From assembly GCA_965206845.1 (NCBI GenBank), contig OZ242221.1, forward strand, positions 896,001-960,000: a stretch of 64,000 nucleotides of DNA, in the 5' to 3' direction. Source of the DNA: Cenarchaeum sp. Its GTDB lineage: Archaea > Thermoproteota > Nitrososphaeria > Nitrososphaerales > Nitrosopumilaceae. Under the pieces are notes generated by a model. It saw only the letters and a list, made by a program, of their open reading frames with translations, was not told where the DNA came from and did no database searches. Position numbers and translations under genes: made by a program. The number at the start of each line of letters is the position of its first letter. The first letter of the stretch is position 1. Below, piece by piece: positions 29,045-39,708 of the stretch.

Positions 29045-32000
29045 ATGTCCGAGGATGATACCTCCACCAAACTGAGGGATACTGACATGCCCCCGTACTA
29101 CTTTGACTACTACACCTCTCTGTCACAAAAATCATACAAGCTTTTTGAGACCGCGGCGGGTCCTAAATCCTCGCTGGCAGACTCGTCAAGCGGCGTGGAG
29201 CCGAAGATCGCCTTTGATCTTGCCGATCGCGTGGCCAAAATGCACGATATCGACATCGCCGCTCCGATAAGAGATCTGTTAGAGACCAACGGAAAGGAGA
29301 TCACCGCCCTGCTTCTCTCAAAGGAGCTTGCCTTGGGCAAATACCTTCCCAGCGACGCAAGCCTAGAGGAGCGGTTGGACGCGGCAGTCAGGGTGGGTTT
29401 GGCAATAGTGACCGAGGGGGTTACCATCGCGCCACTGCAGGGAATATCCGATGTCAGAATAAGGCAGAACGCAGACAACACGGACTATCTCTCCATATCC
29501 ATTGCCGGGCCGATGCGCTCGGCGGGCGGTACAGAGTCTGCCGTCACAATGCTGATTGCCGATCATGTGAGAAAGGCCGTCGGCCTGTCGACATACAAGG
29601 CAAACTCGTTTGATGATGAAACCGGACGCTTTGTCGAGGAGCTTAGAATCTATGAGCGAGAGGCCAGTAACTTTCAGTACCACGTGCTAGACGAGGACAT
29701 AGTCCGAACAATCTCCAACCTGCCAGTTGAGCTGGATGGGGTGGATACGGATCCATATGAGGTTGTAAACCACAAGTCGATGCGTCGGATTAAAACAGAC
29801 CGGGTTCGGGGCGGCGCCCTGCGCGTGCTCAACGACGGCCTGATCGGCCGTGCCAAGAAACTCCTCAAGAGGGTAGAGGTATACGATCTAGACGGGTGGG
29901 AATGGCTCAAAGACCTCAAGGGCGCCGTCCAGACCGGCGACAAGCAGGAAGATGCAGCTACAAAGCGGATGAGCGAGGTAATTACCGGCCGTTCCGTGTT
30001 GTCCATGCCAAAAAAACTGGGCGGATTCCGGCTCAGATATGGCCGAGCTTGCAATACGGGCTTTGCGGCCGTGGGGTTCCACCCCATCATAGGGGAGATT
30101 CTTGACCACACGATAACCGCGGGAACCCAAATCAAGATCGACATACCCGGCAAGGGCGCCACCGTGGCATTTGTGGACTCGCTGGAGACACCCGTTGTGC
30201 GCCTTAGGGACGGAAGCGTCGTGAGGATCAGGGACATCAAGCACGGGCTTGAGCTAAAGGCCGACATAGAAAAGATACTCCACCTGGGGGACATCTTGAT
30301 CTCCTTTGGCGACTTTCTTGAGAACAACGCGCAGCTGGTTCCGTCGGGGTACGTAGAGGAGTTCTGGATCGAGGAGCTGAGACACATCATAAAAAACACC
30401 ACAAGCCCCATACCCGCACAGTTTCTACTGCGGGAGCCTGATCTGGCCGAGTCGTTCCAACTGGCAGAAGACTTTGGCGTTCCCCTGCACCCAAAATTCC
30501 TCTTTTACTGGGATCAAATTACAGCAGATGAGTTTGGACTGATCTTGGAGCCTACTAGCGCGCAAGAGAACACAATCTGCTATGAGATGCGTTGCAAACC
30601 CGTGCTGGAGAAGATGGGGGTGCCGCATACAGTCTCTGACGGGCAGGCCGTCCTAAAGGGCAGCGAGGCCGAGATATTTCACAGGCTGCTGTTCAGGAAC
30701 ACAATCGACACAAAATCCGGCTCTGTTCTTGAGACCATCTCAAGGCACTCTGGAATAAGGATTCGGGCCAAATTCTCCACTTCCATCGGAGCGCGCATAG
30801 GACGGCCCGAGAAGGCTTCCCCCCGGGTAATGAAACCACCAATCCACACACTCTTTCCGGTGGGGCACTGGGGCGGGGCCACCAGGAATCTCATCAAGGC
30901 ATCAAATAACCCGGACTTTGCCACCAGAATCTCAGACCGTACGTGTCCTAAATGCGACTTTCCCTCCTTGGGCATTAGGTGCTCAAAGTGCGGTAGCAAG
31001 ACGCTGCTAAGGTACACATGCCCGTCCTGCCATAGCAAGCTGGACACAAGGTTCTGCCAAAGGTGCAAAAAGACCGCGAGAGGTTACGTGCACAAAAAAT
31101 TTCCATTAAAGGAGATGCTGTTTGATGCCCAGAAGAGGACAGGGATCCGTGCCCAGGAACCATTCAAAGGCGTGATGGAGATGATCAACCAAGACAAGAT
31201 CTCCGAACCTCTGGAGAAGGGACTTATCAGACAGAGCAGGAACCTGACCGTCTTCAAGGACGGAACCGTAAGATTTGACGCAACAAACTGTCCGCTGACC
31301 CACTTCAAACCCGCTTGGATCGGAACACCGGTCTCAAAACTCAGGGAGCTTGGATACCTGACAGACGCCGACGGTCAGCCTCTGGAGAGCCCCGAACAGA
31401 CAGTGGAGCTGCTCATGCAGGATGTTGTCATACCACACACCGCCGGACGATACCTGACCGAGGTCTGCAGATACGTAGACCAGGAGCTTGAGCATTTCTA
31501 CGGGGGGCAGCCATTCTACCACGTGAAAGGAACCGACGATCTGGTGGGTCACCTCATAATCGGTCTGGCTCCCCACACCTCGGTGGGAATAGTCGGGAGG
31601 GTTATCGGGTTCGCAAACACACAAGTCTGCTTTGCAACACCCAACTGGCACTCGGCCAAGCGGCGGGACGCGGACGGCGACGCCGACTCGATAATGCTCC
31701 TGCTGGACACGCTGCTTAACTTCTCCCGCAGGTTTCTCTCAGACAAGATCGGCGGCCTGATGGACGCCCCGCTTCTGATACAGCCGCTGGTCTTCCCTCA
31801 CGAGTCACAGTCCCAGGCGCACAACCTTGAGGTAGTGCGGCGCTACCCTCTGGAGTTCTTCGAGTCCACCATGTCCGAACCCAAGGCCGCAGACATCTCA
31901 TCGGTTGAGATGATTAAATCAAGGCTGGATACCTCCGAGCAGTTCCACGGGTATCACTTTACCCATCCCACTTCATCCCTTGTCACCTCCCAGTCCCGCA

Positions 32001-32416
32001 GCGCCTACTCGACGCTGAACTCCATGCTCGACAAGCTGGATCTTCAGATTAGAAACGCAGACATCATCAATGCGGTGGACACCAACGAGATCGTATCAAA
32101 CCTGATCTCGACCCATCTGATCCCGGACATAATGGGCAACCTGCGTTCGTATGCGAGGCAGAGCTTTCGTTGCACCCTGTGCAGGGCCAGCTACAGGCGG
32201 CCTCCCCTGATCAGAAGATGTAACTGCGGCCACCAGCTCATTCAGACGATCACCCGCTCATCGGTGGAAAAGTACCTCAAGCTGGCAAAGAGATTGGTCG
32301 AAAAATATCACGTAAGCCGGTATCAAATGAACAGAATTCTTGTGCTGTCTGACGAGATTGACTTGGTGTTTGGAAAGAGCCGAGGGGATCAGGCGCTGCT
32401 GACCGATTATGCGTAA
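29045..32416 (+). CDS. polC: DNA polymerase D large subunit DP2 (no intein)
   Basis: AGPMRSAGGT, GGFRLRYGR, FKDGTVRFD, catalytic RRDADGDAD, Zn fingers. Confidence 0.97.
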   Translation: MSEDDTSTKLRDTDMPPYYFDYYTSLSQKSYKLFETAAGPKSSLADSSSGVEPKIAFDLADRVAKMHDIDIAAPIRDLLETNGKEITALLLSKELALGKYLPSDASLEERLDAAVRVGLAIVTEGVTIAPLQGISDVRIRQNADNTDYLSISIAGPMRSAGGTESAVTMLIADHVRKAVGLSTYKANSFDDETGRFVEELRIYEREASNFQYHVLDEDIVRTISNLPVELDGVDTDPYEVVNHKSMRRIKTDRVRGGALRVLNDGLIGRAKKLLKRVEVYDLDGWEWLKDLKGAVQTGDKQEDAATKRMSEVITGRSVLSMPKKLGGFRLRYGRACNTGFAAVGFHPIIGEILDHTITAGTQIKIDIPGKGATVAFVDSLETPVVRLRDGSVVRIRDIKHGLELKADIEKILHLGDILISFGDFLENNAQLVPSGYVEEFWIEELRHIIKNTTSPIPAQFLLREPDLAESFQLAEDFGVPLHPKFLFYWDQITADEFGLILEPTSAQENTICYEMRCKPVLEKMGVPHTVSDGQAVLKGSEAEIFHRLLFRNTIDTKSGSVLETISRHSGIRIRAKFSTSIGARIGRPEKASPRVMKPPIHTLFPVGHWGGATRNLIKASNNPDFATRISDRTCPKCDFPSLGIRCSKCGSKTLLRYTCPSCHSKLDTRFCQRCKKTARGYVHKKFPLKEMLFDAQKRTGIRAQEPFKGVMEMINQDKISEPLEKGLIRQSRNLTVFKDGTVRFDATNCPLTHFKPAWIGTPVSKLRELGYLTDADGQPLESPEQTVELLMQDVVIPHTAGRYLTEVCRYVDQELEHFYGGQPFYHVKGTDDLVGHLIIGLAPHTSVGIVGRVIGFANTQVCFATPNWHSAKRRDADGDADSIMLLLDTLLNFSRRFLSDKIGGLMDAPLLIQPLVFPHESQSQAHNLEVVRRYPLEFFESTMSEPKAADISSVEMIKSRLDTSEQFHGYHFTHPTSSLVTSQSRSAYSTLNSMLDKLDLQIRNADIINAVDTNEIVSNLISTHLIPDIMGNLRSYARQSFRCTLCRASYRRPPLIRRCNCGHQLIQTITRSSVEKYLKLAKRLVEKYHVSRYQMNRILVLSDEIDLVFGKSRGDQALLTDYA

Positions 32417-33742
32417 CTATCGGAGCTTCACGTATTCATACGCGCCAAGGCTGTCATCAAAACAGAACCTTACCTTCTGATATGCCTTTCTGAACAACTC
32501 GATGTCGGATCGTACCTCTTCGGGACGTTTTTTATCTATTATCACCCGTCTGATGAACGATGCCAGCTCCCTCATCTCAGATTCGCCCATGCCCAGTCTT
32601 GTGATCTCTGACACCCCTATCCGGATGCCGCCGGGCTGGAGGTAGTTTCTGCCCGCCTTGATGTCTCCCGGTATCAGCTGCCTGTTTACTATGATGCCGG
32701 CCCTCTCCAGATCCTCTTCTACGCGGCCACCGTCGGCAAACTCCAGCACATTGACGGCGATCTGATGGGACTCCGTAAAGCCGCGGCTCTCACCTAGTAC
32801 CTGAAACCCCATCTCGTTTAGTGCTCCGGCAAACGCCCGGGCGTTTCTGATTATCTGCCTGGCATAGTCCCTGCCAAACTCCAAAACCTCAGCAAACGCA
32901 ACGGCCTTGGCGGCCACTAGATGAATGTGGTGACTGCTCGTTAGCCCGGGAAAGACGGCTTTTTTGATCTGCTCTGCGTGCTTCTCGGAGCCCAGAACCA
33001 GACCGCCCTGCGGTCCAAACAGCGTCTTGTGCGTGCTCATGGTCATCGTGTCGGTCCCCTCACGCAACGGATCCTGAAACCTGCCCCCGGCAATCAGCCC
33101 GGCGACATGGGCGGCGTCATAGTTGACATGCATGCCATGCTCCTTCATAAAGTCCGACAGCTCCCTTACCGGATGCGGAAACAGAAACAACGAGCCCCCG
33201 AACATGGCCAATTTAAGCGGCCGGCCGGCCTTCTCAAGCTCCAAAACCCTTGCCTTTGTCTTATCGACATCAATGGCCAGCTCCTGCGTATCAAAAGGGT
33301 AAAATTCGACGTTCAGGCCGTGAACCAACCCGGCCGTTCCAAATTTCTCCTTCCTGCCGTGGGAGATGTGTCCACCCGCGGGAATGGATGCGGCCATCAT
33401 CACATCACCGGGATCTGTAAAGGCTGAGTAGATTGCTAGATTGGCGACAACTCCGGAGATGGGCCTTACATCGGCAAATCCGGCACGGTAGATCTTTTTT
33501 GCGAGATCCATGCATATGAACTCCACCTCATCTATGTGAGCGCAGCCTGCGTAAAGCCGCTCACCGGGCCAGCCCTCTGCGTACCTGTTACCAAAGTCAG
33601 AGGCCATGGCCTCTCGGACTGCAGGGCTCGGGATATTCTCGCTGGCAATCAGCGGAATGGAGTTTTCAAACAGCCGGTGGTGCCGCTTCAGCGCAGAGAA
33701 TATCTTCTCATACGACTCTTTGTTGGTAGAGATCTCTGCCAT
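32417..33742 (-). CDS. glyA: Serine hydroxymethyltransferase
   Basis: LIASEN, RYAEG, DAAHVAGL, STHKTLFGPQGG. Confidence 0.97.
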   Translation of the reverse strand: MAEISTNKESYEKIFSALKRHHRLFENSIPLIASENIPSPAVREAMASDFGNRYAEGWPGERLYAGCAHIDEVEFICMDLAKKIYRAGFADVRPISGVVANLAIYSAFTDPGDVMMAASIPAGGHISHGRKEKFGTAGLVHGLNVEFYPFDTQELAIDVDKTKARVLELEKAGRPLKLAMFGGSLFLFPHPVRELSDFMKEHGMHVNYDAAHVAGLIAGGRFQDPLREGTDTMTMSTHKTLFGPQGGLVLGSEKHAEQIKKAVFPGLTSSHHIHLVAAKAVAFAEVLEFGRDYARQIIRNARAFAGALNEMGFQVLGESRGFTESHQIAVNVLEFADGGRVEEDLERAGIIVNRQLIPGDIKAGRNYLQPGGIRIGVSEITRLGMGESEMRELASFIRRVIIDKKRPEEVRSDIELFRKAYQKVRFCFDDSLGAYEYVKLR

Positions 33743-34022
33743 CTGCTCTGCCTTTCCGCCGTCCCAATTTAAAAACACCGTTAATGCGTAGCGCACCGCC
33801 GTTCCACCGTGCCCAACCCAGACATCTATCTGGCAAGTGCCGGGATTTGCCGCATCTGTCAGGCACGCGCGCCTGTCTTGGTTCGCCGTACGAAGGCTAA
33901 ATCACCGCTATCCGGGGCGTCGGGTATCTCCAGCAATCCATCCATGCACTCAGATCTCATACACCATGCTGCTAGGCACACCCACAATAAGATATAAAAT
34001 AGGGATTGCGGGATTTGCGTGT

Positions 34023-35717
34023 ATGAGCATGAGAGTGGCATCACAGGGAAACATGCCAGTAGTCTTGCTGAAGGATGGCGCCTCTGAGACAAAAGGCAGG
34101 GACGCGCAAAAGAACAACATCCAGGCAGCCAAAATTGTTGCCGAGATAGTTCACTCAAGCCTAGGTCCTAGAGGAATGGACAAGATGCTCGTCGACTCGC
34201 TGGGCGATGTTACCATTACCAACGACGGAGCCACCATCCTGAAGGAGATAGATGTACAGCATCCGGCCGCAAAGATGCTGGTTGAAATTTCAAAGACCAC
34301 AGATAACGAGGTAGGCGACGGCACCACATCCGTGGTTATTCTAGCGGGCGCCCTTCTTGAGAACGCCGAGAGCCTCATATCCCAAGACGTTCATCCCACC
34401 ATAATAGTAGACGGATACCGCAAGGCCACAAAGAAGGCAAGGGAGTGTCTTTTGGAGATCGCCGAGACGGTTACCGCTGACGACAAGGCAATCCTATCCA
34501 AGGTTGCAAGAACCTCGATGCAGACAAAACTGGTAAGAAAGGACTCCGATCTACTGTCTGACATGGTGGTAAGTGCCGTTACCAGCGTCGCCCGCAAGGA
34601 CGGCAAGAGGTTTGCCGTCGATGTTGATGATATCAAGGTGGAGAAGAAGGCAGGCGGTTCTGTCAAGGACTCTTCCATCATTCAGGGCATAGTGCTCGAC
34701 AAGGAAATTGTAAACAACTCGATGCCAGAAAGGATCAACAACGCCAAGATCGCCCTGATCAACTCACCGCTTGAGATCACAAAGACAGAGACAGACGCCA
34801 AAATCAACATCTCAAACCCCCAGCAGCTAAGATCATTCCTTAACGAGGAGCACAGAATGTTGAAGGGCATGGTTGACACGATCCTTGAGACGGAGGCAAA
34901 CGTGGTTCTCTGTCAGAAAGGAATAGACGACATGGCACAGCACTATCTAGCCAAGGCCGGGGTCTTGGCAGTGAGAAGAATCAAGGAGAGCGACCTAGCA
35001 AAGCTCGCAAGAGCCACAGGCGCCAAGATAACTACAAACCTTAACGATCTGCGACCCAAAGATCTGGGTACCGCAGAGTTGGTGGAGCAGAGAAAGATAG
35101 AGGAAGACAAGTGGGTCTTTGTCGAAGGCTGCAAGCAGCCCAAGGCCGTAACACTGCTTCTCCGCGGCGGCTCCCAGAGGGTGGTCGACGAGGTTGAGAG
35201 GTCTGTTCACGACGCAATAATGGTAGTAAGGGATGTGATGGAGGAACCCACCGTGGTCGCAGGAGGCGGAGCCCCAGAGACGTATGTCTCAACTAAAATA
35301 AGAACTTGGGCAAAGTCATTGGTTGGCAGGGAACAACTGGCGGCAGAAAAGTTTGCCGATGCCCTAGAGGTGATTCCACTGACGCTGGCAGAGAACGCGG
35401 GCATGGATCCCATCGATACGCTGACCGCACTGCGCTCAAAGCAGAACAAGGGCGAGAAGTGGACCGGCATTGATGTCATGGCGGCCCAGATTGCCGACAT
35501 GAAGGCAAGCGATATAGTTGAGCCGCTATCGGTAAAGAATCAGGTGGTGTCTGCCGCGTCTGAGGCCGCCTGCATGATCCTGAGAATCGATGATGTTGTC
35601 GCCGCAGCCAAGTCTGCTGGTCCCCCGCCGGGGGCCGAGGGTGGCATGCCCGGAATGGGCGGCATGGGTGGCATGCCCGGAATGGGAGGAATGCCGGATA
35701 TGGGCGGCATGATGTAA
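34023..35717 (+). CDS. ths: Thermosome (group II chaperonin) subunit
   Basis: [24 protein letters not shown] and a C-terminal GGM tail. Confidence 0.97.
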   Translation: MSMRVASQGNMPVVLLKDGASETKGRDAQKNNIQAAKIVAEIVHSSLGPRGMDKMLVDSLGDVTITNDGATILKEIDVQHPAAKMLVEISKTTDNEVGDGTTSVVILAGALLENAESLISQDVHPTIIVDGYRKATKKARECLLEIAETVTADDKAILSKVARTSMQTKLVRKDSDLLSDMVVSAVTSVARKDGKRFAVDVDDIKVEKKAGGSVKDSSIIQGIVLDKEIVNNSMPERINNAKIALINSPLEITKTETDAKINISNPQQLRSFLNEEHRMLKGMVDTILETEANVVLCQKGIDDMAQHYLAKAGVLAVRRIKESDLAKLARATGAKITTNLNDLRPKDLGTAELVEQRKIEEDKWVFVEGCKQPKAVTLLLRGGSQRVVDEVERSVHDAIMVVRDVMEEPTVVAGGGAPETYVSTKIRTWAKSLVGREQLAAEKFADALEVIPLTLAENAGMDPIDTLTALRSKQNKGEKWTGIDVMAAQIADMKASDIVEPLSVKNQVVSAASEAACMILRIDDVVAAAKSAGPPPGAEGGMPGMGGMGGMPGMGGMPDMGGMM

Positions 35718-35760
35718 ATTTATCAAAAGTTTATTTCACGACCCCTATCAAGACAAACCG

Positions 35761-36039
35761 TTGAGCACAACAAACTCCCGCGTGTTTTTGGGCGCCAAAT
35801 ACGCCTACATCATAATATTCTTTGTGCTGATGGCCGGATTCTTTCACCCGCTGATTACAGACCAGCCAGGCGACCAGGTAGTATACGGGACACTGAGCCT
35901 TCTTGTGGGGCTTGTGGCGGCATGGCCGCTGTACAAGGCGGCAACAGATGAGAAGAGCAGGCCCTTCTATCTGGGTGTCGGAATCGGCTTGGTTGCGCTG
36001 TCCCTAATCTTTGTCCTCTCTCTCACGGGCCGGTTTTAG
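35761..36039 (+). CDS. Small membrane protein (3 TM)
   Basis: Three hydrophobic segments; upstream TATA-like sequence. Confidence 0.7.
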   Translation: MSTTNSRVFLGAKYAYIIIFFVLMAGFFHPLITDQPGDQVVYGTLSLLVGLVAAWPLYKAATDEKSRPFYLGVGIGLVALSLIFVLSLTGRF

Positions 36040-36079
36040 TCATCCGGCGTGACACAGCGACCGCATTCCGGCGACTGCC

Positions 36080-37540
36080 CTATACATCAAAGTACAGGTA
36101 GAACTCGTGCGGATGGGGACGGACGGCGATATCTCTCTGATCCTTTCTCTCCAGCTCTATGATCTTGTCTATCACCTCGTCCTTAAAGATGGGTTTCAGA
36201 AAGATCCTGTCACTTTCAAGCTCAAGCAGCGCCTCGCCTAGGCTTGCAGGCAGCACGCCTATTCCGTGCTTTCTCCTCTCCTCCTTTGTCATCTTGAAGA
36301 TGTCCTCCTTTACTTGGTCTCCCGGGTCGGTCTTCTTCTTGACGCCGTCAATACCTGCTGCCAGCACCGACGAAAACACGAGATAGGGGTTTGCAGACGG
36401 GTCTGGCGCCCGGAACTCCAGTCTCTTGAGGTGCGCATAGTCCCTTCCCTCAAAATGTCTGGGTATCCTCACAATAGCAGATCTGTTGCTGCCGCTCCAG
36501 GCAACATACACCGGTGCCTCGTACCCAGGCACCAGTCTGTGGTAAGAGTTTGTGGTGGGGTTTGAGATCGCACACAGTGCATTTGCGTGATCCAGAATTC
36601 CGCCACAAAAGTACCTTCCAACCTGGCTCAATTCGCCATCCTGGCCCTCCTCAAAGAAGACGTTCTCGTCATCCTTCCACAGGCTTACATTGGTGTGCAT
36701 TCCCGAGCCCGAATCCATGGAGATGGGCTTGGGCATCATGGTTGCAATCTTGCCAAACCGCTTTGCAACGTTCCTTATTACAAACTTGTAGGACTGTGTG
36801 GCATCGGCGGAGTTTGTCAGGTAGTCATACTTTATGTCGATCTCACACTGGCCGGCGGTGGCCACCTCGTGATGGTGATTATCGCACAGGATGCCAAAGT
36901 TTTCACTCAACACGTTCACACACTCATTCCTAAACGGCGTAAGCGTATCAGACGGCGTACTGGGATAGTAGCCTTCCTGCAGCCCCATGGGATATCCGGT
37001 GCCTTCTTGGGACCACGGGGCCTCTACGGACTCGATCGAGTACGACTGTCCCTTGTAGGGAGTCAGAACATCCCAATGAACCTTGTCAAACACGAAGAAC
37101 TCCACCTCGGGGCCCCAGGCACTGTAATCAAAACCGGCGGTCTTTACCCACTCCTCGGCCCCCTGTGCTATCCCGCGTGGGTCGCGCGAGAGCCTTCCCC
37201 GGCCTGCGCCCCAGTACACATCGCAGAGGAGTCGGGCGGTCTTGTTTTCCTCATACCATGGAATGACCGCAAAGGTGCTGGGATCCGGCTTTAGGATCAG
37301 ATCCGAGTCGTCTATACTGGTAAATCCCAAAATGGACGAGCCGTCCAGCTTTGGCAGGCCATCCTTCATCTGTTTGGGCGTGAACATGTTGGTCGAGATG
37401 GTGGTGTGATGAAACCTGCCGGTCAGGCCGGTAAACTGCAGATCTAGAAACTTGATGTTCTCTTCCTTGATCTTTGCAAACACATCTTCTGACGAGAACG
37501 ACACCTGAACCGGCTCCCCATCTATTACTCTATACGGCAA
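36080..37540 (-). CDS. glnA: Glutamine synthetase type I, paralog 1
   Basis: LDGSSI, GPEVEF, HHEVATAGQCEI, GSGMH, PGYEAP, RLEFRAPD. Confidence 0.95.
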   Translation of the reverse strand: MPYRVIDGEPVQVSFSSEDVFAKIKEENIKFLDLQFTGLTGRFHHTTISTNMFTPKQMKDGLPKLDGSSILGFTSIDDSDLILKPDPSTFAVIPWYEENKTARLLCDVYWGAGRGRLSRDPRGIAQGAEEWVKTAGFDYSAWGPEVEFFVFDKVHWDVLTPYKGQSYSIESVEAPWSQEGTGYPMGLQEGYYPSTPSDTLTPFRNECVNVLSENFGILCDNHHHEVATAGQCEIDIKYDYLTNSADATQSYKFVIRNVAKRFGKIATMMPKPISMDSGSGMHTNVSLWKDDENVFFEEGQDGELSQVGRYFCGGILDHANALCAISNPTTNSYHRLVPGYEAPVYVAWSGSNRSAIVRIPRHFEGRDYAHLKRLEFRAPDPSANPYLVFSSVLAAGIDGVKKKTDPGDQVKEDIFKMTKEERRKHGIGVLPASLGEALLELESDRIFLKPIFKDEVIDKIIELERKDQRDIAVRPHPHEFYLYFDV

Positions 37541-37591
37541 TTCTCTCTATCTTAACACAAAAATATCCTTCATTTAAGGATTAAGCAAGCA

Positions 37592-38149
37592 ATGCCAGAT
37601 ACAACAGAGACTAGCATGAGATCCCTGTACACCACAGTACTGAGAGAGGCTGAGAGCGACATCATCCAGGAACTGCCTACAAACCTCTACCTGGCCTTCT
37701 CCTCACATCTGGGAGATCTGAAGCGGGCCAAGTATGACAACATCGAGGCCAAAATCAAGGAGGAGCTCATTGAAATGACCGTCGGGCTAGTGGGATTGTT
37801 GCTCCGGCTCAGGCTTGGGAAGGCATCGGCCGGGGGATCGGCCGGACACCACAACCTGCTGGATGAGGAGAAGTACATAATCGACTCTGCTGGCGAGATG
37901 CAGGAGAGGCAGAAGATGATCCTCTCGGCCATACTGAACGGCAAGTCAAAGCTCCTAGAGTCCATGTCTGAGAAGCACAAGACAAGGCTGATTGCCGTAA
38001 GATTTCTCAAGGAGATAGATCAGTTTGTGGGTGCCGATCTGGAGGGATACGGGCCCTTTGCGGCAGAGGATGTTGCCAGCATACCGTACGAGAACGCCCA
38101 GGCGCTCATATCCCAGGAGATTGCGGCGAAGATCCGGTGGGAAGACTAG
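37592..38149 (+). CDS. GINS complex subunit (Gins51-like)
   Basis: Helical A domain and B-domain motif VRFLKEIDQFVGADLEGYGPF..EDVASIP. Confidence 0.85.
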   Translation: MPDTTETSMRSLYTTVLREAESDIIQELPTNLYLAFSSHLGDLKRAKYDNIEAKIKEELIEMTVGLVGLLLRLRLGKASAGGSAGHHNLLDEEKYIIDSAGEMQERQKMILSAILNGKSKLLESMSEKHKTRLIAVRFLKEIDQFVGADLEGYGPFAAEDVASIPYENAQALISQEIAAKIRWED

Positions 38150-38177
38150 AAATTATCGCTCCTAAAAACAACGGCAG

Positions 38178-38453
38178 TTGTCTCACCTGGATGTAGACGT
38201 AGTCGACTTTCTCTTGCTGGCCATCTATCCGGTGGCGGCGCTGTTTCTGATAGAGATGGTCAGCAGGGCCGGCAAGATCCCCACATGGATAAAGCTGTCG
38301 GCCCAGGGTGTGGCCACCGTGGGTTTTGCGACAGCTTATGTCACCCTGATTACGGCACACTGGCTTACGTCCCTGGTTCTGGTCGCACTGGCCATTGCGC
38401 TATTCTACCAAGCAAAGCGGGCCAAGATAGACCCCAGCAAGACCATCTACTAA
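38178..38453 (+). CDS. Small membrane protein
   Basis: Hydrophobic 91-aa ORF. Confidence 0.7.
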   Translation: MSHLDVDVVDFLLLAIYPVAALFLIEMVSRAGKIPTWIKLSAQGVATVGFATAYVTLITAHWLTSLVLVALAIALFYQAKRAKIDPSKTIY

Positions 38454-38677
38454 CCCTTTAGCCGCTTGAAGACCTTCTTGAAGAAGCCGCCTCCTTTCCT
38501 TCCGCCATCGCGGATCACGCCCTTCTTGCCGAACTTTCCCGCCCTTATCTGCGTCAGCTTAACGCAGCGGTGCTCCTCTGGCAGTCTGTGTTCGGGGCAG
38601 AACGGATCCTTGCAGTACGTGCACTCAAACGGCATGTCAGTCATGTCACCACAGTAGCAGCACTTCTCTGGCTTCAC
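38450..38677 (-). CDS. AN1-type zinc finger protein
   Basis: CCYCG, FECTYCKDPFCPEHRLPEEHRC. Confidence 0.88.
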   Translation of the reverse strand: MKPEKCCYCGDMTDMPFECTYCKDPFCPEHRLPEEHRCVKLTQIRAGKFGKKGVIRDGGRKGGGFFKKVFKRLKG

Positions 38678-38959
38678 AGCTGCAATATGGTGCGTACTTT
38701 TAATAAAGCCTATTGCTTTTGTGAGACGAACCATTCCGTAGGCGGTTAGGCTGCTTCACCATACTCATAAGGAGCCGGTTGGGCATGGGCCAAACCCTCG
38801 CATTCTGTCGCATCCATCGTCGTTTGTGCCTAAATCTGCACGGAATGGCCAGAAATATCCGTGTAGAGCCGATTCCCTACCCCCTCAAACGATGGCGGCC
38901 TAGCCCCCTATCCTCTCCCCCTGATAACATATTTACAGCGAGGCCGGAGAGAGCAACTG

Positions 38960-39706
38960 TTGTCTACGCTAAAGGGCAAGGTGGCTCTTGTCACAGGGGC
39001 AAGCAGCGGGATAGGCAGTGCGACCGCGCTGGCACTGGCAGGAGCGGGGGCCCGGGTCGCTTTGGGCGCAAGAAGAACCGACCGGCTCGCCCAGCTGGAG
39101 GCCAAAATCAGGGCCGAAGGGGGAGACGCTATATCTTGCGGGCTTGACGTTGCTCAAAGGCCCCAGTGTGAGGCATTTGTCAAGGCGGCCATGGATCGCT
39201 GGGGCGCCATCGACATACTCGTAAACAACGCCGGTCTCATGCCGCTCAGCTTTCTCAAGAGTCTCAAGGTTGACGAGTGGGAACAGATGGTGGATGTCAA
39301 CATCAAGGGCGTTCTCTTCTGCACGGCAGCGGTGCTTGAGCACATGCGCAAAAGAAAGACGGGACACATAGTGAACATCTCGTCCGTGGCCGGGCGGGTG
39401 GTGTTTCCCGCCGGAAGCGTCTATTGTGCGACCAAGCACGCGGTTAACGCCTTTACCGAGGGACTGAGGCAGGAGCTCAGCGCGCGCTCAAACATCCGGG
39501 TCACCTGCATCGAGCCGGGAGTCGTCGCAACAGAGCTCGTCAATACAATCACGGATCGATCCCTGCGGGAGTTTGTCGAGAACACAAAGAGAATGGAGGC
39601 GCTGCGGGCAGAAGACATTGCAGACTCGGTTCTTTACGCGGTGGGTTCGCCGCCGCATGTCAACGTAAACGAGATTCTCATAAGGCCCATAACACAGGAG
39701 CGCTGA
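38960..39706 (+). CDS. SDR family oxidoreductase
   Basis: TGASSGIG, NNAG, YCATK. Confidence 0.93.
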   Translation: MSTLKGKVALVTGASSGIGSATALALAGAGARVALGARRTDRLAQLEAKIRAEGGDAISCGLDVAQRPQCEAFVKAAMDRWGAIDILVNNAGLMPLSFLKSLKVDEWEQMVDVNIKGVLFCTAAVLEHMRKRKTGHIVNISSVAGRVVFPAGSVYCATKHAVNAFTEGLRQELSARSNIRVTCIEPGVVATELVNTITDRSLREFVENTKRMEALRAEDIADSVLYAVGSPPHVNVNEILIRPITQER

Positions 39707-39708
39707 AG

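Noticed and set aside
29045-32416. Intein in DP2 (or in cdc6 or cdc48)
   Set aside because: Protein lengths are normal and no intein motifs were seen
35640-35714. Repeats GGCATGCCCGGAATGGG
   Set aside because: Ordinary GGM tail of the chaperonin
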